Source: the human T2T-CHM13v2.0 reference genome, Homo sapiens
Assembly (NCBI RefSeq): GCF_009914755.1
Contig: NC_060937.1
Length of the DNA stretch: 64,000 bases
Reading direction: 5' to 3' (one strand)
The first letter of the stretch is position 1; each line of letters starts with the position of its first letter. This document shows, in pieces, positions 33,301 through 43,950 of this stretch. Both the position numbers and the translations under genes were made by a program. The notes under the pieces are model-generated. The model made no database searches. It saw only the letters and a program-made list of their open reading frames with translations, and had not been told where the DNA came from.

Positions 33301-35042
33301 GCCGGGTTTGTAATTTCATAACTTTTTGCCAAACCTGGACATCTTAAAATAACTATCAGATGCACATATCAGCTGACCAGTAAACACAGGCAAAAATACA
33401 TGCTGACAATCCTGAAGACATATCTATTTTTATTTTATCAATAATTTTTTTTTAATTTTCCAAAGATTATTAAAGTCAAATGAACTTGAAAGCATTTGGA
33501 CTTATTTATTTAATTTATCAGTACTCTTTTATTTATAAGCTAATTTGGTACCATATAGACACAACATATAACATAATGCATGTATATGCATAAACAAGAC
33601 AGTTGGATCAAACTTATTTTCCTGATAAAACTGGAATCTGTTCACATGGCTAAATTTTATTTGCCCTGATGAGCAAAGCAGTTTCCAGGGCACTTTGATT
33701 TTAAAAGACCTCTTTCCTTTTTTTTCTTTAGCCAGTAACCTGAAACTAGTAATACCATGAACAGTAAGTTTTATTTCAACACCAGCAGAAAAGTCAGCAG
33801 ATTCAGAGTAGTCAGGAAGGAAAAATAGGCAAAGAACTTAGAAGACTACATGGTAACTCTTTAAGGACAGAAGAAGAAAGAGGGATTGACTGAAAATGTT
33901 TTACATGTGCCATTTTTCTTCAGGTTTTCTAGTTTATGGAGTTGCTTTGTTCTAATTGAGTGTGCAGGAGTCTGGAGATCTCATAAGGCTTCTGCTGTAG
34001 CCATCACAGTCTTTGACCTCTGTTAAGCCAAATATTGCTACACAGACCAAAAATACAGACAGACCAACAAAAATCAGAACCAGACTAGATTATCTTAGTG
34101 GCTGTAGCTTTTTAGTATTGCCTTAATTCTTTGGGACTTAAACATACACCAGATTTGGGACTCTGAACTGACCAGAATCCCCCTTGGGTAGGACTCAAAT
34201 CCACAATCCTAGACAAGGTTGGGACTCTCATCCATAATCCTAAACCACAGGGTGGGACTTGAACCCACAGTCGTTATGATGAGTTCAAAGACAATTAAAA
34301 GTACAGGGGCATATTAACAAGGTACTCACCAGAAAGATGTCTAATCCAGAAGCAATTTATTTTCCCAAAAGAGAAGTGCCAAGGGAGCCTGAAGTGCCAT
34401 GGTGGAGAAGAAGGAACCCTATAGTCGAGCCTCTGGACACCCTGGTCTAGGTGGCCACTCAGGATCAGTGCAGGGGGCCTGCACACCACTAGGGGCAACA
34501 GTACCTTGGACAGGCTGTTCGTCTCACCTGGGGTTCTAGTTTGTTAACAAGCAAAAGGGGCTCACTGCCCAATGTGCTAGAAGCCAACACTGACACCAAA
34601 TTTTTGAAAAAAAGAAAAGCTTTATATTAAAAGTCACCTCTGAAGGAGACAGGAGTCAAGCTCAAATTTGTCTCTTTCTGCTGGCATTAAGGCAGTACTT
34701 TTATTAGAAAAGGTTCAGGGGGTGGATTCTGAGATTAGTAGGTGATTTGTGCAAGGAAAAGGGAGGTCTGGAAAGTCCTTGGGCATGCATAGTTATTTCT
34801 TCATGTTAACTCCTGAGTTGCATGGCAAATTCAGGGAGAGTTAGTATGAAACGTGGTGGAAATTCAGGCTATGACATCAGCAAGCTTATTCTGTGCAAGC
34901 TCCAGTTAGCCATCTTGGTTCCAACCAGTTTCAGCCAGGTTTTTCTTGATCTCACAAGTGGAGGGAGTTTCAGCGGCTTAAGTTTCTTTTCTTATCTGCT
35001 ATCTTGAAACTCAAAAATTAAGTAACTGGTTTCTTACTCTTT

Positions 35043-35282
35043 GGGACTTTCCAGACCTCCCATTTCCATCCACCAATCACCTACTAATCTCAGAATCCAC
35101 CCCCTGAATCTTTTCTAATAAAAATACTACCTTAATGTCAGCACAGAGAGACAGATTTGAGCTTGACTCTTGTCTCCTTGGGAGTTGACTTTCAATATAC
35201 AAGTTTTTCTTTTTTAAAGAACTTAGTGTTTTAGTATTGGCTTCTATTGCATTGGGTAGTGAGCCGCTTCAGCTCTGTAACA
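35043..35282 (+). mobile_element. Partial LTR of the same family in inverted (+) orientation, abutting the 5' LTR
   Basis: Reverse complement of about 34542-34780 (for example ACCTACTAATCTCAGAATCCACCCCCTGAA); ends TGTAACA. Confidence 0.85.
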
Positions 35283-35373
35283 CTAACTCTGGTAGATAGC
35301 ATCAGGATGAAATTGAATTGTAGGGCACACAGTTGGTGTCAGAGAATTAAGGAATTGAGTAGTGTCAGAAAAC
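35283..35373. mobile_element. MER21-like LTR fragment
   Basis: GTAGATAGCATCAG...AATTGAATTGTAGGGCACACAGTTGGTGTC resembles MER21. Confidence 0.5.
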
Positions 35374-35624
35374 ACCTCAGACTACACTTTCTCCCTTGGT
35401 ATGGGAAGAGTTCAGTTTGTGTTTCTTTCTTCTTGAGTGACCCAACTCCAAGAAGATGCCACTTCTGGAGAGAGAATAGGGATCTCAACTTAGCCTGGCA
35501 GTGAGAATACGAATGGCAGCTGGAATGACCCAACAGGGGGCTAATGTTTGGGCTATTGTGTGTGTCACACTGACCCTGACCAGCCAAGTAGTCACAGCAC
35601 CCACAAGCTCTTCCTGCCTGTCAG

Positions 35625-35694
35625 ATGCCTCATTCCCACCTGTGATGCTCAGAGAGAAACCATGAGCCCTGAAAAACACCATATTGTTTTGTGA
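35625..35694 (+). promoter_or_regulatory. Three overlapping upstream ORFs ([22 protein letters not shown]) directly before the CBY2 ATG
   Basis: ATG35625-TGA35645, ATG35645-TGA35665, ATG35662-TGA35694; main ATG at 35694. Inclusion in the mRNA depends on the TSS, which cannot be seen here. Confidence 0.6.
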
Positions 35695-35768
35695 TGTCAC
35701 CTCTGGAATGTTCTGAGTGTTTTGGTGACCAACTTCTGCATAGGACCTATACCTGGCAACTCACATTG
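35694..35768 (+). CDS. CBY2: Chibby family member 2 / spermatid-associated protein, coding exon 1
   Basis: [25 protein letters not shown] (25 codons), then donor TTG|GTATGG; matches the SPERT N-terminus as I recall it. Confidence 0.92.
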
Positions 35769-36077
35769 GTATGGCTTTTTACTTGAGATAGAAATAATCA
35801 TCTTAGACAGGGAAGCAGGTACAGCTATCTCCACTTCAAAAACTTTCAAAAGCCTTTTACATCAACTATAATATCTAGCTTAATATCTGTTCAGAGATTG
35901 ATAAACCATCATGCCAGATATCATCTACACGTTCTTTCAGACTCAGACTTTCATAATTGTACATAATTGACAAGAGAGAAATAAATGAGTAGAAAGTTCT
36001 GTGTTTTTTAGGCGAGCAATTGAGGCCCAGAGGATGAGCTGGGAAGCAGTAATCTTCTTCTTTTCTCGTTTCCACAG

Positions 36078-36158
36078 CACTCAAGGCCAAATTATACAAG
36101 AAAAAGAGATACCAGATCTGAAAGCCTAGAAATTCCAATCAGTGTGGTTCTACCTCAG
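36078..36158 (+). CDS. CBY2: CBY2/SPERT coding exon 2 (81 nt, phase 0/0)
   Basis: Acceptor TTTTCTCGTTTCCACAG|; [27 protein letters not shown]; donor CAG|GTAGGG. Confidence 0.92.
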
Positions 36159-36846
36159 GTAGGGATAATCACAGAAGGATGTAACCTATCAGTGTTAGCC
36201 AGAATAACCCCCCATCTCCTCCTTCAAAACTCTAGCAAGATGTTGTAGAATAAGCAGAGATAGTCAGGGCTTCAGATTATAGTTTGGGTTGGGTGCCAGC
36301 AGGCGGTGTGCTGGGGAAGGCCACATAGCCCCTCTGGGCCTTGGGTTCTTTTTCCCATGAATGAGGTGGCTGGGTCAGATGATCTGGTAAGAACTTCCAG
36401 TCCTAACATTCCAAGTTTCTATGATACACTGAAGTAACCCAGCCTTCTCAAAACGAGATCTTTTGGTGCTTAGTGTTGTGCAATCACTCTGGATTTCTGG
36501 GGGAGAATTAGAACTGGGACTTGAAATCAAATGCATAAGAATGAATCCATGAGAAGAAAACCTCATCCGTGGACAAAGGGGTACAGAGTTATTTGGAGCT
36601 GTCAAGAGAATTAAGCCCTGCTATGCATCAAAGACAGATGTAGGGGCCATGGGCATAGATGCTTTTTCAGTCAATGAATTGGTGAAGTCCTCACAGGCTA
36701 TAGAGTCTCAGGTCTCCTCCTGCCTGCAATCAGCTGTTTCCTTAGTGGAGTCCTCTTGATTGAATTGTTTCTACTGCTGCTATGTCACAAAGGGGTGGCT
36801 TTGCTTTCTCCAGAGTCACCTAAGTCCTCATTGGAAGACCAGGGCC

Positions 36847-36894
36847 ATGCAACCAGAGGGGTTGAAATGTAGGATGGAGGAATCCAATGCAGAG
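36847..36894 (+). CDS. CBY2: Candidate alternative first coding exon of CBY2 (412-aa isoform)
   Basis: GCCATG context, MQPEGLKCRMEESNAE, donor GAG|GTAACT in phase 0, in frame with exon 3. Confidence 0.6.
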
Positions 36895-37282
36895 GTAACT
36901 ATCTGAGAGCTCTGTCCAGGGATGTGTAGGAGGAGGATTGACCACTGGTGGGCATTCCATATATATAATTGTAACAATCTAGGCAAGTATGTTCAGCGGG
37001 AGGCAAAAATATGGAAGAAGAAAACATCCTGGATGTTTATTTTCACATTATCTTTATAACTTTGTAATGAACAGTCACTTTTCTGTTACTTTTAGCCCAT
37101 GAATCTTAGCCAGAATATAAGATAACTTCCCCCTGATCATTCAACAAGATAACAAGCTGTAGGAATCTTTTTGGGCCTGATTCTTTCCACCTGAAATACG
37201 CAGGGAGTTGTGTTAGCCACTACTCCCCCAAGAGTGGGTGTTACTGCTGTGATTCCTCATAGCCCATATAAACCAATCTTTT

Positions 37283-37403
37283 CTTCCAGAATCCTGGGGC
37301 CCCTCAACTTTACATGCTTTGAAAGTACCTCAGATGGCTGAATGTTCTCTGATAGTAACCCTCGGTAATGTTAGCAAAGTTGGTGTTTAAGAAACTTGGT
37401 CAG
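37283..37403 (+). repeat. 121-bp local duplication, copy 1
   Basis: 114/121 identical to 39075-39195, ungapped. Confidence 0.95.
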
Positions 37404-39074
37404 GCAGAGGATGCCAACCTAGGGGTGGGTGTGAAGGAGGGGGTAGGATTTGAAAGAGTAGTGGTCATGTGATAGAGAAATTGGAATGATGTTTCCATCA
37501 ACACCCACCGCAACTTTCCCTCCCCAGCTCCCAGAAACAGCCCAACGATCAAGGAGAAGAGAAGGTGGTTTAAGACAGCTCAAGCTTGTCTTGGGGCTGC
37601 CTGCTTCCTGTGCTGGAGGACCTGGTGCTGCTGCTGGGGTCTTGTGGGGCAGAGTGGGTGAAGAATGAGAGGATATCTCCTGTCTGGGCACGTGTACCTC
37701 ACAAGGGCAGATGCAGCTTCGTGCGTACACCTGCCAAGAGGGCACAAGCCATGCACCAGGTTTTGGACACCTGTCAGGATGCTCAAGACTGGCACTCTGG
37801 GGGATGGGTGTGGGTGTCTACAACTAGATGATCCGAACCAAAATACCACCAGGCCTGCGAGAGGGACCAGTGTGCTCACTCTACCTCCCTAAATGAGATG
37901 GCACATGGCTTAGGGGACAGGGTTGATCTGGGAAGCAAGGAGAGGAAGAAATATTGACTGAATGTTGGTGCGATCATGTGTCGGGCATGGGGCCAAGCAA
38001 GTGTGAGGTAGAGATTTTACAGGTACAGGAACCGGCAACCCCAGGAACCCCACTAGTAATGGCAGAGCTCGAGGAAGGGGCTTGAACTCAAATCAGTGCC
38101 CATGTTCTCCGCTATACTAGGGCACATGCCAGTAAGCTGGGCCATGCTGCATCTTAGCTCCATGGTTCTTCTCTTGCTTTTTGGAGATGGAGTCTTCTCC
38201 CTGCATCTTAACCACTCATCTCTGGGCTTCTTATTTTGTATTTGCCAAAAGCTGCTCTATTCTGGGATGGAGTCCACTTTCCATTTGTTTCAGAAAGGAC
38301 TTGTGGCAGCAGCTCTGTCTCCAGAGACTGCCTCTGGCTCCCAGCTGCCAGTCCTGCTGTGCGTTTGGGCTTCTCAATTACATTGGAAATGCCTGTGATC
38401 ACTACATGTTATCACCCTAAGGTCTTTTCAGGACTCATTGATTTCCTGTTTTTCTTCCTCACATTAAATATTTGTGTTTTCTGATCTCTTTCCCTCCAGC
38501 ACATTAACTTGCAAGCCATCAGTGTCATTTCCAGCCCAAGCTAGCTGATCTCCTGGTTCCTTTTGTATGTAATGATTCAGTTCTCACAGACTTTCGCGTT
38601 TCCCCAATGAACGTGCTCTGTGAATTTCATTAAGGCATTGTTTACTCCTAGATCATTAATGAAAGAGCTACACCAGGTCAGACTGAGCTCCAATAGCACC
38701 CTCCGGTGCCTCCTTCATCCTTCCCAGTTGCCTTTTCTCCTTCCCCTTTGTTTGTGCTTGTTACTCAGAAGCAGTGAATTCCTGCTGACAGCACCCGCCA
38801 ATTTGAATTCCCAGGAAGATTTCAGGAGAGTCTCTGTTAAACAGTATGCAAACATACTACATATGACATCTTCTTTATCCTCTTTGCTGTTAACGTTGTA
38901 ATTCTGTCAACATCAATCACATTTACCTTGTGAATTATCCTTTTACCTGTTAGTATTTATTAAAACCACCATTGACTTTGCCATGGTACCAGGGAGCTGA
39001 ATTAATTTAAAATAATGATAATGAGACTCAGCCTTGTCATCTCATATGAAAATCAGTATCATATTTGGCTTTTC

Positions 39075-39195
39075 CTTCCAGAATCCTGGGTCCTCTCAAC
39101 TTCACATGCTTTAATAGTACCTCAGATGGCTGAATGTTCTCTGATAGTAACCCTCAGTAATGTTGGCAAAGTTGGTGTTTAAGAAACTTGGTCAG
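39075..39195 (+). repeat. 121-bp local duplication, copy 2
   Basis: 114/121 identical to 37283-37403; offset 1792 bp. Confidence 0.95.
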
Positions 39196-42100
39196 CAGGC
39201 TTGGACTCTATCAGCAGTGTTTGGACATCTCTTCTGGGCTGTGGTAGCCACATTTTTCCAGGGGTGGAGAGACATCAGTGTGTGTCAGCTAAGCCTGGCT
39301 AGTTGCTGTTCAATCCCATCCCCAAACTCTTTGGATGGGAAACCACACCCCCAGTAATTCTATCCCAGAAGGTCCCACCCAGAGAGACCTGTTGCTACAA
39401 GTCCTGTAGCACTAGTAAGAGATTTTGGTCCTTTCACTTCCCCTTTTCCTTTTGCCCTTTGGCCTTTGCATTTTGCCTCCCTTCTTTCAATTGTCCCCTT
39501 CCCCCATGTTCTTCACTTGCCACCAGGTTGGTGATCTGACAAAGACACAGTTGTTGGCAGATTTCAGGCATTTTCCTTCCAGGACCACTTATATTTACCA
39601 AGGAGGGCACCAGACCTAATGCTAAGGAAGAATTCCAATCCACAGATGGGACTTCAGGCTTCTGTGAGGGCGATGTTCGTGCCCATGGCCCTTCCTGGAT
39701 CCCTGTCACTAATGCATCATTGGGTTACAGCTATGAGCACATTTCCCCTGAGGACAGAGTCTCTTGGCACCTTTCTAGCACCCGACAGGAAGGCATGATG
39801 AGCCCATGACCAACTTATTCCCCTTCTGCATCAGCTTCATATCTCATTCCTCCATGAAGAAGCCAACCTTTTTCTTTCCTACCTACTGGATCTCTATGTG
39901 AGGGCATTTCCTAGAGACCAGAAAAGAGACAATCTTTTATTTTCATGGTCAGTTGCACCATGCTACACAGGCTGTACCTCCCAGGCTTAGGAGAACATTA
40001 CTGGGGTGTTCTTGGGGCTTTGTATTGGCATAGACCTCTTGTCAAGGGCTAAAGGATATCAGGGCAGGTTAGCTTGGCCCATGAAACCAATCCAGTGATA
40101 CCACTGGTCGAGGAGTCCTACTGAGAAGGAACTGGCTTCTAACATAGGCCAAGGAGGTCTGGAATCCTGGAACTGCATATGTTCGCTGAGCTCAGATGCT
40201 TAGTTTTTGGGTAGCCCTTTTGTAAAGAAATATACTCCACGTTGCATAGCGCTTTAGGCTGGGTATGTTTAAACCTTACCAGTAGAACTGACCATCTGTT
40301 TAGTCTTTATGACAGCTTGGCTACCACTTTCTTGTCCTCTGGCAACCCCAGGAAGTAGGCAGAGCAGCCATGTTTAGGCTTATTTTAGAGGTGACATTCT
40401 GAGAGGCAAAATGACTTTCTCAAGAGCAGTCAAAGGAAGGACTTTTGAGCCCAAAGTTACTGGAAATTTAGGGCGTTTACCCTCGTTGGATTATATATTC
40501 AAGATGATGAAAGGGACCACTAGCGTGCTTGTGTGCAGGGGGTGGTGGGAGCTTCCTCTAAGGGAGTACATGGATGAACCTAGGGGTTTGTGGAATTCAC
40601 GTGAGGAAAACTCCATGCTTATAGATTTTACATCATACCATAACAGCTTTGCCCTGGGACTATTTTAAAGTCTTAAAATATGAATGGAAATGAGGATATA
40701 GCTTATCAAATACACTAACTATATTAAGGCAAAAGAAATGGCCATTTTTGTAGGCCAAAAATGGTAAAATGTTAACAGTTTCTTATGGTTCAACCTAGTA
40801 TTTCCTCCCAATCTTTCAGTGTATTTTGGTTGATTCAGTTATTGCCAAGGACTCATTAAGCCTCCACCACATGTGAAATTTGCTTTCTAATTCCCAAGAC
40901 TTGGGATGTCACAAAAACAAGGGATAGGTCACTGTGCTTAGATAATTGCAACTTACTCATATGGGGAGAGGACAGGCCTGGTTGTAAGAGAACCATTGCA
41001 AAGTAATGATATTAGCACATGCAAAATAAAATGTCTGAGCATTGTGAAGTGCTAGAATAAACATGGAGTTTGGAGTCAAATATCCTCATTTTAAACCCTG
41101 GTTCCACTCCTTTATCAGCTATGTAATCTTATGCAGAATCATGCCAGTTCTTTGGGTAAGATATTACATATGAATACAGAAATCAATTAGCATATAACCT
41201 GACACATTATAGTCACTCAGTGTTATTTTTTTTCTTGTTCTATATAATCTTTCTCTAAAGAAATGCTAAGCAATGTCTCTTCTAAAAGCCCTTCTTGTAT
41301 GTCTGCAGCTCTTTATAAACAAAGAAAATGTTCCGAGTCTCCTTTTATTTCTGAACAACAAACCCTCTGAGAGAAGTAGGGCAGATGTTGGTGAGGTCGT
41401 TATAGAGGGTTGTACAGGTTGTGCCCTGCAGTAACAGTGAATAGCGCCTTTTAGAGTTGGGCATTTCAAAAATATATGGGTTGGCCCTGATTCATTCATG
41501 TCAACATCCACATTTTCTAGGAACTAAGGCACAGAAATGAAGTGACTTTGTAAAGGTCATGCACTCATATAGTGCAGAGCCAGAATTCTCTGGAGATGTT
41601 ATCATTTCTAGTCCCCTATTCCCCACACCTTGCTGCCTGCGTTAATGCTTCCTGCATTTTGACTTCTCTCATTTGCATCAAGAAGTAATTGGTGCTATTC
41701 ACTGATTCTTCAAATCAACTGGAAATTCCCTGAGGGCAGGGTCTGTGAGCTTGGAACACAGTACGTGCCAAATTAATGTTAGTTGATTCACTGACACTAA
41801 TGTAGGGGAAAAATTGGTGCAATAACATCCTGAGTGGGTACATGACTAGGGTGAAGAATTTTCACAAGGCCAAGAGCTTTCCTTTAAGGATTAAATCCAG
41901 CTAGCTCTGATCAGAATCAGAGAAATGCTACAGGAAAAAACAAGTTTGTTCTGGATCAATGTTTTCCTGAAGTTCAATCATGATCCTTGTCATGTCTAAA
42001 AATGCCTGTATATTTAATATAGGTATGTTTTCCCATTACTCATTAAAATAAGTATATGACTACTGAAAAATTTTTAAATGTTCTAAGAAATTAAGCCATG

Positions 42101-43545
42101 AGGAAACACTGCACTTGACCACTTTCTTGGTCCTGTCTGAGGATAGGAGGAAAGATAATAGGACTCAGTCATTGGAGAAGAATTTGGTTTCCTGTTGAGA
42201 AAGTAAAGGGGACTTATTTGTCCATCAGCATTTCCTGGATTAGGTGCTGTGGGCATGGAACAAGAGAAGGCACAAAGCCTGCTTGGGAAGAGTTGGCCAT
42301 TTAGGGGAGAGGACGAGATGCCAACTAGGTTGGTAAAAGAGGGCTGCTGGGGCCATAGTGGTGCCAATTTACAAATGCAAATCCACTGGACCAGAGACAG
42401 TTAGGCCAAGAGAGCACTTAGAGATAATGACTCTTACCCTTCATTTTACAGAAGTGGAAACTAAGGTCAGAAAGTGAGTGGATATGAGCAAGATCACCTG
42501 AATGTGTGAATAAAGACCAGGGCACAAACACCCAGGTTGTCCGTGGCTAGGGATCCACCATATGTTAAGGTTTTGTTTAGTGTATTTCTGTTGAGGGGAT
42601 GACAGAATGTTCCTTGGGTACCCAGTGTGGAAGGTGGATGTAGAACACAGGCAGCTGAATGCCATGGGTTAAAAGCCATCATGGCCAAATATGGACAGGT
42701 AGAAAGCATCCATGATTCCTCTTTGGACCCTTAGTTGGATCAAGAAGATTGTCTCTCTGGCTGAAACAAAACGATCGTTAAAAAGAAATGAGAATTGGGG
42801 AAATTTGAACATGGGCTCAGTATTCGCAGATATTGAGGGATAATTGTTAAATGTTAAAGGGTGATAATGGTATTGTGATTCTGTTAAAGAGGCACATATT
42901 TATATATTTGTGGATAAGATGACACAATGTCACTTTGCTTTAAGATAACCTAGCGGTAGGGGAGTGGTTGTGGAATCAGGTTGAGGCCTGGTGAAACAAG
43001 TGTGGCCTTGATTTGATACTTGGTGAAGCTGAGTGATGGGTACATGGACATTTATTAGACTATTCTCTCTCTTTTTGTGTATGTTTGAAATTTTCCATCA
43101 TATAAATTGAAGGAAAAGATATCATGTTCCCCAAAGTACTGCAGGACTTTTGATAAATCCATGGTGGTTTCCCATGTGTGTACTTCACACATAGAAGGTC
43201 AGGGAGCCAGAAGTGGGTTTGTGTCTTAGTGAAGGAGCTAGTGCTGGTTATTTAACATCTCTGAGTTTCAGTTTCTCCATCTGTAAAATAAGAATAGTAA
43301 TAATATCTTACATGTCAGTGTGGTGAGGATAAAATGAATTTAGTAGGTAGAATGCTCAGCTCACGGCCTAGCATGAAATTGAGGCTTAATATTTGTTTCC
43401 TTCTTCCATTTTCTTCTCAGGACTGGGATGCACATGTTGACTAAAACCACATTTTTCCATGTTGATAGCTTCTGGAGTCAAATCCTGCTGAGATAAAGTA
43501 TTAGTTCTAGTGCAAGGATGGAGAGAACCTCTTAAGATTCACTCC

Positions 43546-43950
<405 letters not shown>

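Noticed and set aside
34131-34272. Functional tRNA gene or CRISPR-like array
   Set aside because: Only degenerate T-arm-like pieces with no A-box or cloverleaf; no constant repeat-spacer structure, and the DNA is eukaryotic.
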